Source: Lama glama (lineage: Eukaryota). Taken from it: DNA of 64,000 bases. The translations under genes were made by a program, and so were the position numbers. Of the stretch, positions 50,450-63,010 are shown in pieces. The DNA lies in NCBI GenBank assembly GCA_028534125.1, contig CM052817.1, positions 38,194,001 through 38,258,000 on the forward strand. Reading direction: 5' to 3'. Under the pieces are notes generated by a model. The model saw only the letters and a list, made by a program, of their open reading frames with translations. It did no database searches and was not told where the DNA came from. The stretch's first letter is position 1; every line of letters begins with the position of its first letter.

Positions 50450-51432
50450 ATAGACATCTCAAAGAGATAGAATTACTGGTTTCACTTCCCCGAACCACTC
50501 CACTAGCAGCCTCCTCATTCTGTTACTGATAACTCCATCCATCCAGTTGCTCAGGCCAAGATCCTTAGGCGAAACTTTCTCAGCTTCAGCATTGTTGACA
50601 CTTAGGGCTGGATAATTTGTCTTTGGAGAGAGCTGTTTTGTGCATCATAGCATGTTTAGCAGCTTCTCTGGCCTCTGTCCACTGGACACATATAGCATCC
50701 TCCCCAGCTGTGACAACCGAATATGTCACTAGTCATTGCTAAATGTTCCCTGGGGGGCAAAATCATCTCCAGTTGAGAACCACTGCCTTAGAACCACGAG
50801 TGACTTGGTGCTCTCTCACATCCCGCAAAAATCTCTTAGCAAATCCTACTGGCTCTGCTTCAAAACATACTGAAAATACAAGTACTTCTCAGTTTTATTC
50901 CCAACACACCAGCCAGCCAGATACCATTAAAATGTTACAAACATCTCTGCACAAAATATCTTCCAATGGTTTTCTCCTTCACAAATAATAAAAGCCAAAG
51001 TTCTTAAAATGGCTTTTTGATGTTATCAGTTCATTCTATTCCAGCCACACTGGCCTCCTAGTTTTACTTGAAGAGGAATGCTAGCTCTGGACTTTTGTAC
51101 CTGCTGTCTCCTCTGCCTGGCAGGCACAGTCCCTCAAGTCTTTGCTCAAATGTCAGCTCCTTCAGCGAGGCCATCCCTGACAACTGGATTTGAAATGGTA
51201 CTTTTCCCTACCCCCACTCTCCATCCCTGTCCTTGGTTTATTTTTCTCCAATGTACTTACCATTTTACTGTATCATTTACTACTTATTTTGCTCATCGTC
51301 TGGTTCTGCCCACTAGACTGTATGCTGCATGATGACAGCATTTTCTACTTTATTCACTCATGTATCCCCAGGACCAAGGACAATTCCTGGAACATTACTG
51401 AGAGGCTCTGAATCAAAATCAGTTGAATGAAT
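50450..51432 (+). mobile_element. L2a, split by a MER20 insertion
   Basis: AACTCCATCCATCCAGTTGCTCAGGCCAA..AGCAAATCCTACTGGCTCTGCTTCAAAA..TCCAGCCACACTGGCCTCC..CACTAGACTGTATGCTGCATGA..GTTGAATGAATG. Confidence 0.85.
50571..50785 (+). mobile_element. MER20 hAT-Charlie DNA transposon, full length
   Basis: GGGCTGGATAATT..ATGTTTAGCAGC..CCCCAGCTGTGACAACC..AATGTTCCCTGGGGGGCAAAATCA..GTTGAGAACCACTG; degenerate 8-bp TSD CCTTAGGC / CCTTAGAA. Confidence 0.92.
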
Positions 51433-52655
51433 GGCCTCTCTCAGGTTACTACCGGGGACTCTCAAAGGGACTTTTTAGGACTTTCAAAACCATTTATTTA
51501 CATTTGGTTATTCAATTTAGATAATTAAAATGTAAATATTTTTTAGGGATAGTTTCAAATTTTGAAACTAATTTGTGGTCTCAGAATAGTTTTTCTTATA
51601 GTGCCCCTGAATTTGACAAACAAGGTGATAGGAATTTTTCACCTCACACTTACAGAACTCCAAGGAAATTTTTTCATGTTCTCATGCTTGTCGGTTAAAA
51701 CTAAACAAATCTTTGGCAAAAATCATTTAGTCAAAATTGAATCTTAGTATTTTTTAACACAACTTAGACCACAAATGTCTTCACTGTTTCATTCAATCTA
51801 CCTCAATTTTTTAAATCTCAACTATGTGCAAAGTATAATGCTTGATTTTGCCAAATAATTCACTTTATAATTTAAGAAAATTCAACTTCATTTTCTATAA
51901 GAACACTTTTTCTCTTTGCTGTGTCTCAGATGACCTCAGCTGATAGCAATGCTATGGATCCTTGTCTAACCTGGGACTATTCTCCTGGTAATTCCTTTTC
52001 CTAAATTAAAATAACCACTCAGAAATTATCTTCAATTGCTTGAGTGTTAAAAGCACTTTGGAACAGTCTATGTTTTCACGTGGTTTGTTTATGAGGGAAT
52101 GTATTTACTTTTGATTACTTTTACTCTCAATTTTCTTTTGTGAGTATTGAATATGAGAGACTGGAGGGCTTGAATTTCTCTGCTCACCTCACTGGCCGGG
52201 TAAGCCTGTCTTTCCCGTAGGTGTTTGCCAACACCACATTCACAGAGCCAGTTAAAAGGAGCTCTAAGACGTGGCTAACCACGGAGAAAAAATGACTTCA
52301 AAGATTCCCCATGGCCCATATTTATGACTAAATGGCATGAGAATATGCTAATATTACTATGAAGATGATCCTGGGAAAATGAGTCTAAACATTATGATGC
52401 AGAAGCAAATTCAGAACCAAATTTAGTTTCATGTAAGGAGATACTCTCAAATTCAGATAACCTATGCAAAGCAAGTATTTTTGAATGCTTATTGCGTGCC
52501 TAATTCTATATCAGAGTAGCATTTCACTATAATAACTTGGGGTTCAAATCATATTTATAAAAATGTTTCCATTTTGTTTTCACAAACAATAGGCTGACAA
52601 CAGCGGTTTTCACTAGAATAATTTTCCAGCAAAAGATAAAGAAAAACTTTCTGAG

Positions 52656-52793
52656 CGGGAGGGTATAGCTTAATGGTAGAGCACGTGCTTAGCGTGCACG
52701 AGGTCCTGGGTTCAATCACCAGTACCGCCATTAAAAAATTAAAAAAAGCCTAATTACCCCCCTCCACACACACAAAAAAAGAGACAGAAAGAA
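52656..52793 (+). mobile_element. tRNA-Ala(AGC)-derived SINE, camelid Vic-1 type
   Basis: Head GGGAGGGTATAGCTTAATGGTAGAGCACGTGCTTAGCGTGCACGAGGTCCTGGGTTCAATCACCAGTACCGCCA with A box (52666-52676) and B box (52709-52719), a CCTAATTACCCCC tail, A-rich end, and a perfect 18-bp TSD AAAGAAAAACTTTCTGAG (52638-52655, 52794-52811). Confidence 0.92.
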
Positions 52794-55557
52794 AAAGAAA
52801 AACTTTCTGAGAAGCTTTTAAAATTGGTTTTTATGGCAAGAACCCTACAAGTGCTGAACTTTGTTACAGGGTCTCAGATAATAAATTTCAAAGAAAGATC
52901 AGTTACATGTGCCTTCCAATTGAATAATTTTGCTTACTGATAAAAAAGGAATCAGCAGATCCCAGGGTCCCAATATTGATGATGTGAACTTTTAAAAATT
53001 ATTTAAAATATACTCTATCGACACTTTATACAAAAGCAGTGGCAAGGAAGAGTTTGTTCCTTCGTTTGTCAGTGTCGAAAAGAAAGTCTTGACAAACTGA
53101 CCAATGAGAACGCAATTGTATGTGAAGAAAAGCTGTGACATTTTGTAAAACTTGTATTTTGTGGTTATTATCTACTCCTGAAGTATTTGTACTCTGCCAA
53201 CCAAATAGAATATTAGGTCCTTTTGAAAGTGCCTGGAGGATAAATTCATTCATTTCCCTAATACCCTGTCCACTTGGCAGAGCAGGTAGACATAACTATT
53301 CTAAAGATTACTCTGTTTTGACCATTTTCCTCCCCAGATTTCCTCAGATACCTATGCAAAGTTTCACTGCTGGCTAGATAGTAAAGACTGACTGTTAATT
53401 TCAGTACCCAAGTTTTTAGAGGGAATTGTTTTTAACTGAGAAATAAGGTATTTCTTCTTTCCTTGCAGAAGTCCTTCTTAAATCTTGTGGAACTCAAGAG
53501 GAAGAAAAAAGTAGACCATTTAGAATGCATTGCCTTTCCTCCAAAGGTTTCAGTATGCCTGATGGCACTTTATTAAAACACAATCAGGAATAGGTTTCAA
53601 TAAATTATTTTTCCAATTATACAGTTATATAAGTTGAGGCTTGGAAAAGTGGAAGAATTTAGCCACCACCCAGCAAAAAATTAAAAGGCTAAGAAGGAAA
53701 CAAAATCCAATAACACTCAAGTCAAAAAAAAAAAAAAAGGATAACATAAAAACAAGGCAAAAATTCTTTCCTTCTTTCATTTGATAGTAAATTGTTCCAG
53801 AATATCATTCAAATGTTAATTTGTATTACTTATATCCTTTTTGATTTTGACCTTATTTTGCACTGTTCTACATAAATTGCTGTAAACTTTTTTTTACCAA
53901 CCTCTACTTTGGCCAAGAATGTCTCAATGAACTATGAAAGGGGCAAGGTTTATTAAATACTCGTACCATTAACTAGTCCACTATTGTGTGAAACTCATAA
54001 GACAGCTGTGGTTAAATATGGCTACGATTATCATGCTTGAATTTTAAAAAGCAGGTTACTTAAAATTAAGTTTAATAAATCATTCATACACGATAAACTA
54101 ATTGATTCTAAAATATTGTCTTGTTGCTTTATGTGCTGAAGTATTTTTATGCTGAAAACATTTCATGCAAAAGTAAAAATTCTCACTGTCTCAAAGTGTC
54201 ATTTCAATTTTAATTCCAATTTCAAATTCAGTGTTTGCAGATTGTTTTTTGTTCTCATTTTATAATAGTGTTTTTTTTAATACATTTCAGAATTGCCTGT
54301 AAAGAATATTAAGTAGTTTTGGTCTTATGGTTACCACTTTTTCTTTCTAAAAGTAAGTAATTCACAAAATAAGCTTTGACCCAAGAATACAGGATTGTAA
54401 GTGCTCATGTGAGATATAATAGCTGTAGGCAAATTCTAAAGCCAAGATTTGCAACCTGAATTTATCCAGGAGTTAAGGACACAGTATATTTATTCCTTTG
54501 GGAAGCAACTTAATAAAAGATGACTTCTCATCAGCTGCTGAGTGAAACTTTTTTTATTTTATTCTGATAAAAATTTCAAATATTTTCTTCAAATGTACAG
54601 TATACTTATTCTTTCAAGACATGGTCTAACAAAACTTAATTTTAAAGCTTAGATGTCTATGATAAAGAGTTATGCATAAGAATTTCCTCTGGCAGTTATT
54701 AGACTGAATAAGTTATTAAAATGAATATGAATTAAAATTTCCTATTCAGCTCATTTCATTGGAAAGTTATTTTGCAGTCGCAAGCCCCTGAAGAACTTTA
54801 CTCAACGATACTAAAATAATATGATTGTATAATATACCTGGTAAAATGTCCATCAGATACAAGAATATTCATGGAAAACAGTTACCTACTTGTTAGGCTA
54901 CTTACCACCCTACACCCCTGACTGTAGATAGCTCTTACAGTCTGACTGTAAGTAACCTAGATTGAATACTGTGTTCTAGCAAAGAATGTTCATAACTCCA
55001 TAGAGGCCTAATAACAGCCACCAAAAAAATTAATGCTATTAATGAAAAGTACCTAAAATATAAGATACATTTGAAGAATAAGCATTTTTAACTGAGTGAC
55101 ATACTATTTTGTGCCAGCAAATGGGAGAAAAAAATTTAAACAGAGTACCTTATAAAACTACAGCTAATTTTCTATATATTCTATTTAATTATTACTGACT
55201 ATATGAATTATAATGTATGCAAAATTTTCCTATCTTCAAAACTGTATCTTTTGGTCTTCAGTTATTAATTCTAAGGTAACATACAAAGTACACCTATATA
55301 CATGTTTATGTTTAGATAATGTTGTGTGATATCCATTTGTCATGAATTTGACTATATAATAATATGAAGTTTTTAAGTGTCAATAGCTAGGATAGGATCT
55401 GTGGCCAAGTACCTCCTAATCCTGCTCCCATTCTGTAGAATATGGATTACCATCAGTTACATAAAAACCCTCAGATTTTTTATTTGCAAAATGTGTGTAA
55501 ATGTATTTATTTTTATTCATGAATCCATTTAGAATAAATTTGCATGCATAAGAAAGA

Positions 55558-55780
55558 TCATGGTATATAGCATGAGAGAGACACAGGTTTGAATCCTCTC
55601 TCTATCAGCCACTAACTTCTCCATTGTGGTCATGGTTTCCTCATATGTGAAGTAGAATAATAAGACTTACATTGCAAGATTGTTTTAATCATTCATAAAA
55701 TATTTATGTTAAAATGCACATTTTCTGATATACACTTTAGCAACACAATGTTACTTCTACTTCTATTATAATTATTATTA
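55558..55780 (+). mobile_element. MIR fragment
   Basis: GGTTTGAATCCT..GGTTTCCTCATATGTGAAGTAGAATAATAA. Confidence 0.65.
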
Positions 55781-55826
55781 ATAATAAAATAAAAGATGAG
55801 GGAACATATGTAAGTTGCACCTAGAG

Positions 55827-56035
55827 CAGCAGTGTCCAACAGAATGTTCTTCTGTGATGGAAATATTCTATAATTTGAGCTGTCCAATATGGTAGTCACT
55901 AGGCATATGTGGCTGTGGAGCACTGGAAATATAGACAGTGCAGCTGGAGAATTGAATTCTTAATTTATTTAATTTAAATTAACTTATGTTTAAATAACCA
56001 CATGTGGCAGGAGGTTATCCTATTGAACAGAACAA
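55827..56035 (+). mobile_element. MER3 hAT-Charlie DNA transposon, full length
   Basis: CAGCAGTGTCCAACAGAA..GATGGAAATATTCTATA..GCTGTCCAATATGGTAG..TTTAAATAACCACATGTGGC..TATTGAACAG; flanks ACCTAGAG / GTCTAAAG resemble a hAT 8-bp TSD. Confidence 0.92.
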
Positions 56036-57580
56036 GTCTAAAGTGCTTACATCTACTCAAATAACTTCACCTTGCTTAGATTTTTCTACCACATAATACT
56101 TAGAAAGACTTCTCAAGGCCTTTATACCAAACTACATAATTACTATAGAAAGTCCTCCAATAACGGTCATTATTTATACGGCAGAAAACATAAAATGACT
56201 TCTCTTCCTACAAGAGTAATGTGTTCTTGTTTTATCCAGTTCTGCGCAATCAAAATTTATGTACTTAAACACAGTAATTTTTCATTACATATTATTATTT
56301 TTGGTTGGGAATTTTATCAGATTCTCCCTTGACTTTTGGATATAACTGCGTCTTGTCTTAAAGTCACAGGTTCACCATTATTGGGAAAAAATATTTTACT
56401 TTCTTAAGTTTATAATATGTCAAGAGCCCTTAAAATCTTGAGGTAAAACTAAATTTAAGGGAAATCAACACAAAAACCAAAAATAATAAGAAAAACAAAC
56501 TTATGCCCAACTTTGAAACAAACAAAAAATAAACAAGCAGAAAAAATCCTTAATTATAAGCATCACATAAATATATGCGTTCTTTCAAAGTTCCTCCTTT
56601 ACCAGACAATCAAGACAGACCAATAGCACAATTGCCCCATGTAAAGGAGGTGCAACAAACACCACCTCCACTTGGCCTCCCCCAAGTCTAGTTTCTGCAT
56701 CCCTCAAACAGTGGTGCATCTTCTCTTTCACTAGTTACATTATTAACTGGAGAAAAGGACACTTATCCCTGTATCTGTAAGAACTGTGTTAGAAAGATTC
56801 AGGAAGTTCTTACTGCAAAGCTTGAAACTTTCCCTTCTTCATTTTCTTCATCATTAAATACTGCAGGTATGGGAATTTTTGCTATGCTTTAAAAAATGTT
56901 TGCTTTGATAAAAATTCTAGGCACAAGAAATACATAAAATGGGGATGCTAATATTAATGACTTCAAAAACCCCAAACTGCATTCTAATGATGGGTCGACT
57001 TCTCATAGACTTCTTCAATAAATAGAATTTTATTTTCTGAGTAACATCGCATATTACAGGCTGAGTCAATAAAGTAATATTGTGAGACAATAAGATAGCA
57101 CAACTCCTCCTAATTAATAACTCTGTTTCCTTATGTGAAGTAGTATCTTCATCACTTTGGATTAAGTGACATTTCACTAAAGGCATCAAAAAGTAAACAA
57201 GTCGAAATCATCTAATCATTCATTATCTCATTATGAAATAACAAATAAATGTAGAATACTTTTTAAATCTCTGATATGAACATTGGTCATTAATTTTTTC
57301 ACTACAATATATTATACAGAATGAAGTCATGTTTTGCTCAAACACTGAAAAATACTTGTTGAAGTGAGCAAACAAAATAATAGGACAGTTTCACTAGCAT
57401 TTTAAAATTCTCAGATAAAAGGCTGTGCCAAGAAATGAGTTTTTGAGAAAGACACTAAATTGTTCACTATCAGAGTTTTCTGAATGATTTTCATATGTCT
57501 AAGTCCATCTGTTAGTATTATGCCTTATTTTGAAAAATCAAAAACATCCTTTTAAAAATCAGATCCTGTTTAGTCAATGA

Positions 57581-57803
57581 TTTTTTTTTATTGAAGTATA
57601 GTCCATTTACAATATTGTTGTAATTTCTGGTGTACACCATAGTGATTCAGTATGTGCATATACTATACATATGTGTATATATATGCCTTTTCATATTTTT
57701 TTTTACTATAGGCTATTACAAGGTATTGGATATAATTCCTTGTGCTACACAGTAGGATCTTGCTGTTTATCTATTTTACGTATAGTAGTTGGTATCTGCA
57801 AAA
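57581..57803 (-). mobile_element. Lineage-specific L1 3' end
   Basis: TTTTTTTTTATTGAAGTATAGTCCATTTACAAT..TTCTGGTGTACA..GTGCTACACAGTAGGATCTTGCTGTTTATCTATTTT. Confidence 0.9.
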
Positions 57804-59099
57804 AATATGTATTTTTCATTAATCTTAAATAAGTAATAATGGAAGATGGTTACTTTAATTAAAAATATGACCTTGAGGGAATACATACGCATACAGTCAT
57901 CAGAGTTATTAAATTATATAAAGATGCAAAATAATGTAAGACCACTAATGACCTTTTATTAAGTAAAAACAGAAAAAAAACTCAACTACTATTTTTACAG
58001 TTAGTAAAACTGTGTATGTTTGGATAAAGGCTGGAAACAAACATTTTTAAATGAAACATTGGTAATTATAAGAACTTTAAAAAATTACATTTCAAGTCTA
58101 AATACTATTTTTATAATTACATGCCATTTCTATTTAGGTGAATATAGCAAATGAAAAATTGGGGCAAAACCTAAGTTTCCCTGATTATTTTGTGGCCCTT
58201 GCATCTCATATCCAATTCAATTTGTCAGTAAGCCCGTCATTTCTACCACAAAACGTTCACAAATCCAACCACATTTTCCATGCCTCGACTGATGAATTAG
58301 TCTCCTTACTAGTCTTCTCCTAGGGTGATACTGAGTGTGCCTCAGATGAGGAGGATTCAGAACCTCTGAGGAAGAACTCCCACACTGAGACCACCACCAA
58401 TGGGTATCTCCTGACCGCCCCTTGCCTGGCGGGAGATTAATGGCTCAAAACCACAAATCTCCAACAAACTGAAATGTTTGTTCCTGGAAGTCTTTAATAG
58501 GTTGCAAAAGCAGTTCCTTTTATAATATCTTGGCACCAGAAACAAAAATTAGGATTATCAATGCATTTTGAATAGCGCACTGCTATATGTCCTGTCTATG
58601 AGTGAAGAACTACCATTCTTCATATGGAGGTGTGCTTGTGTAACTGACACAAGGGAACAGTTTTTGTGTTTGTACGGTCTTAGAATATTATTCAGTTTTC
58701 ATGTTGTTTGCAAATCGGTGGGCAAAAGCGGGTTTCCTTACTCCTTTCACTCTCTGGGTTCATGACAGGGAGGGAGGCGCTCTGTCTGCTACTACCCCTT
58801 CCCACTGCTGTAGCCCAGTCTGCTAGGAGCGTCAGCCTCACCTGTCACTCAGTGTGAGCAAAACCCAGTGCAAGGTTCTCGCAGAGCTCCAAACAGGCTT
58901 CTTTCCTCTGTGCTACAGCGCCAGTTTTGAAACTGCCTATACAATCTTGGTGACCGTTCTCTCAGTATAAAGTTCAAACTAGATCAGCTATTCTTCATGA
59001 GCAACTAGCAGTTCAAACTAGAGGTGCTAATTACTGGGGGGGAGGGGTCAACACTCTTACACCTCCATTCCTACACCCTTAGCTTTCCCTGTCTCCTAA

Positions 59100-59500
59100 G
59101 TCTTCTCAGTTCAACAGCCTGCTGCTCTTTTGCTTAAAACCTTTTAATAAATTTCCGATTACTTTTAGAAAAGACCCAAAGTCTTTCCAGAAGCATCCAA
59201 GAACCTATATGCTCCCAGGCCACCACTTTCTCTATCTTTCTCTCCTGTTACTTTCCCTCCTCCTCACTAACCTCCCTCTTCCTTAACTAAGCTTTTTTTC
59301 ACATCAGGGCCTTTGCATATGCTGTTCCCTCCATCTAGAACATTATCTGCACACAGATACTGCTACAAGGCTCATTTCTGCTTAACCTTCAGGTGGTTAA
59401 TACTCACCCCATCTAAAGTCAGTCCAAGGAAGCATATTATCTATAAGCTTAGACTTCTTATTTAGATTCTTTGAGGAAATTCATAACTTCATGGCTCATT
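59100..59500 (+). mobile_element. L2 fragment
   Basis: TGCTTAAAACCTTT..TCAGGGCCTTTGCATATGCTGTTCCCTCCATCTAGAAC. Confidence 0.65.
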
Positions 59501-59789
59501 GTTAATGCTCAAACTGCACTTGACCAAAGAGCTTGATCTAGGATTATTTATGTCTGTTAGTAGAAAAGCCTCCTTAAGGACCAAACCTTTCACAATATTC
59601 ATCTTCTCAGTTGTAGCTCTGCCTCCTTCATGCAGTCTTCTGTGACGCAGGGCTTACCTCCTTAGCTTTAGTATAAATATATAGAGTGTAGGGACTACTT
59701 CTTATTCATTGTTATATTTACATAATTCATCATGTATAGTATTAACAATAATGATTATTATATTACAATACGTTAAGCAAAATGAGCTT

Positions 59790-60020
59790 ATACAAGGTTT
59801 ACTGCAGAAGCCAGGCACTCTTCTAAGTACTTGACATATATTCATTCATTGGTTGATGAGAGGATTAGGCACATCAGCCCAGTGAGATGGACACTCTTAT
59901 CATCCCTATTGTACAGATGAGAACACTGGAAGCTCAGAGACTGCTGACCAAGTTTTCATTCAGCTAGTGATAAACCTGGGTCTCAGACCCAAGGAGTCTG
60001 CTGTTAGCAACATGCTAAAT
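59790..60020 (-). mobile_element. MIR SINE
   Basis: GCCAGGCACTCTTCTAAGTACTT..CATCCCTATTGTACAGATGAGAACACTG..CAGCTAGTGA. Confidence 0.75.
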
Positions 60021-60408
60021 ACATATTCAGTATTGAAAGAACAAAAGAATGAAATAATTGATCATTTCTCTGAGGTAATTCTTTTGTCTTCTGATGCTCT
60101 TGCATGAAAATTATTGAACTGACTTTTCTAACGCTTTGCCTAAGTCTGTCCTAGCTTCCGTTGGTGACACCAAAATAACCTATAAATTGTGTTGATTATT
60201 CTGCTAAATGGTTTGCTTCTAAAATCCATCATCTTTTGCTTTATTGGTAACAACATCTCTCATGGCACAGGCTTCTAAGGAAAAATATGGATTATTTTAC
60301 CCCCAAATCACTGCTGGATAGCATTAGGGAAAGACCATTTACTTCTTTTATTTACACTATATGGCTGAGTATAATGTCTTTGATTGTGTAAGTAAGAAAC
60401 ATGGGAGT

Positions 60409-60590
60409 TAGTGTAGTGGAAAGACTATAAGATTTGGAGCCAAAAAGTCTGGATTTATTGGTCCTTTTTTCTCTATTGCTAACCACATGACCTTTGATGA
60501 CTGCTTTGATATCTTTAAGCTTCAATTTCCTCACATGTAAGAAGAGGAAAACAATGCCTAGCATTTAAAAGCCCTATATAGTCTAATAAG
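60409..60590 (+). mobile_element. MIR SINE
   Basis: GTGTAGTGGAAAGA..TTTGGAGCCAAAAAGTCTGGATT..TCAATTTCCTCACATGTAA. Confidence 0.75.
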
Positions 60591-60974
60591 TATCAAAGAA
60601 ATACAAAGGAATTCTTTTCTTTGTTGAGGAGGCTACTGAATATTTGCAAGATATCACACAGTGTTGGAAGATAGTCCACACTTACTTCGATGCTTGTCCA
60701 ATGAATGAGGAAAGAAGAAAGATGAACAGACTGTCAGAAAATTTGTTCTGGTTTTGTTGGACTGGTCTTGCTGCACAATCAGATTATATCAAATTTTGAG
60801 AATAAGTCTCAAGTTCTATGGATCAGCATGTCTATGAGAGTCAATTATATGGGTCAACAATTTATTAACGATGAATTAAAGCACTCTGGATACCAAGTAA
60901 CAAAAGATTAGTTCACATTATATTAAATGCCAAAAAGAATACCAAGTCATTAAGGAAGAGGGCTGCACTTGAGC

Positions 60975-61180
60975 AGAATAAGCCCTAAACTTAGAATCAG
61001 AATGTCTGAGTTTGAATTCTGGTTGTGCCATTAACAGCTGTGAGACTGTTAAAAACTCAGCACCTCTGAGACTGTTTCCTTGGCTCTAATATGGTCATAT
61101 ATATCCCCACAGGACTGTTATGACTATTAACTATGACAATGTATTTAAAAGCACAATGCCCGGTTAGTATGCTAAATGAG
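60975..61180 (+). mobile_element. MIR SINE
   Basis: TTAGAATCAGAATGTCTGAGTTTGAATTCTGG..TGCCATTAACAGCTGTGAGAC..ATGACAATGTATTTAAAAGCAC. Confidence 0.75.
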
Positions 61181-62494
61181 ACAGTCAAGATTAGGGGATT
61201 TGGCTACTGAATTAAAGCCATTCTTCATGACAAAGAAATTGGATTGTTCTCATAAAATGTAGAGTGCCAGTCATGACCTAGACATGTAGTAAATACTGCT
61301 GAATTAAAGTGCACCACACAGAAAGCCCCTAGGTCATTTGCAGCCATTTTTAGCATTTTATTTTCTATTCCTATTCTATTTCATTTCTATTTATTTCAGA
61401 AATAGAATATAAATTATAATATTTTTCATAATCCAGAGTTCTGAATGCATGTATATGACATAGTTGTAAACTCCTTCTAGGAAGCTTAATTTCTCTCGGC
61501 AATTTTTTAATGTAAAATTTTAATATGTTTTATTGTAGGGCATTGTAACTGGGTATACTATTAAAATATCAACATGCTTTATACAAGGAAATTGAGTGAC
61601 AGATATTGGGAAGCTCCCCCAAGGGCAGAATAATTAAGTTCTAGGGGACAAGGGTGACTACATTTCCAGAAAGAAAAAGAAAACTAATTTTTTGAAAATA
61701 ATTAAAATATATCAAACCAGTAGGAATTTCACAAGCTGAGACATAATTTATTTTTCTAGTTCATAAATCACAAGCTACATCTTGACTGAAAACCTTCCTA
61801 TTAGGAACTTAGAGGACACAAATAACAGTTTCCACTTCCATAATGTATGTATTTGGTTTTATGATTTACAACAGTGAATGGCAATGTTACATCTTTGGAC
61901 TTGATTGTTTTAAAGTTGCCCATTCTGCCAACAGTTTTGAGTGGAATGAATCTAGGGCATCCATTTGCAAAACCCCAGTGTAGAATATATATTTAGATAT
62001 TCCTGTCATCTGTGTTTTCACAGGACATGCACTGCAGAACTTTTTACCTGTGTGAACCTTTTTATTTGTTCCTAAGCTAGTTTTATGTGGCTGATGTGCC
62101 CATGTGCCTCAAACTCAGTTCAGTGCTAAATATATTAAGCCAATTTTTATAACTATAATTGAGTATCTAAGAATAATATGCACCATGCAATAGGATGCCA
62201 GAGTGGCAGAGAGAGAGGTACCTTGTCTCAGGACTTTTCAGGGACCTCTGTGAGGCACAACTGACAAAACTTGACCTATTCTTCTTCCACATGGCATGGG
62301 ATCAGGAGTTCCTACCTTCAGAATAACATCTGGAGATAATCCGTAAATGCATACATATTGCCTAGGATAGATATTAGCAAGTCAGCATGAAGCATATTTA
62401 GCTGACTACATTAGCTGACTTACCTAGGGGCATTTAGGCACTTATTCCATTAAAAAATATTCAAACAATGGCAATCACTTTATTTTATGTAACG

Positions 62495-62708
62495 TAGAGT
62501 CACATCCCTTCCCTCGCAGAGCTTACACTCTACTTGGGGAAAACACATGAAATGAATAAGTAAAATGTATAGTATAACAGGTGGTGTTAAGTTCCACAGA
62601 CAAAATAAAGCAGAAATCGATGGAGTGCAATTGCAGAAAGAGGACCACAATTTTTAAAAGGTTGGTCTGATCAAATTCACTGAGAAGATGACATCTGAGC
62701 AAGGACCA
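62495..62708 (-). mobile_element. L2a fragment
   Basis: TCCCTTCCCTCGCAGAGCTTACACTCTA..AAAATAAAGCAG..CACTGAGAAGATGACATCTGAGCAAAG. Confidence 0.7.
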
Positions 62709-62839
62709 CTGACACCTGACACCTGAGTACTCAGCGCATCGTCATCGTACCAACCACCGCCGCTATGGTGGGCAACATTCTCATCATCAATGTGTATATA
62801 GTCATTACGATTAAAACACATTTCTACAACCATCATTGG

Positions 62840-63010
62840 ATTTTATTCTTTGAGGTAAGTATTCTTTTTCATATTAACTCTATACGTGAAATAATGAAGT
62901 GACAAGTGCTTAAATAACCTGTTCACCGTCGCTCCCTTGTGAGAGGTGAGCTAGGACTGGACTTCAACTCCTGGTCGTTTGGCCCTCAAACGTGCACAGT
63001 TATTACGACA
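62840..63010 (-). mobile_element. MIR fragment
   Basis: TGAGGTAAGTATT..TTAAATAACCTG..GAGCTAGGACTGG. Confidence 0.5.

Noticed and set aside
52196..52295. Adjacent donor (CGG|GTAAGC) and acceptor (TTTCCCGTAG|G)
   Set aside because: The implied intron is only ~21 nt, too short to splice, and the downstream peptide is short and unrecognised.
52657..52730. Functional tRNA-Ala(AGC) gene
   Set aside because: Followed by a SINE tail and A-rich end, flanked by an 18-bp TSD, with no poly-T terminator after the tRNA body; it is a retroposed SINE.
54934..54952. 19-bp odd palindrome CTTACAGTC-T-GACTGTAAG
   Set aside because: Not clearly beyond chance, with no supporting context.
56917..57189. Possible hAT transposase motif (IQSDEDT..LL versus LQLDEST..LL)
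   Set aside because: Only a few residues match and flanking sequence does not continue the similarity; needs an HMM search.
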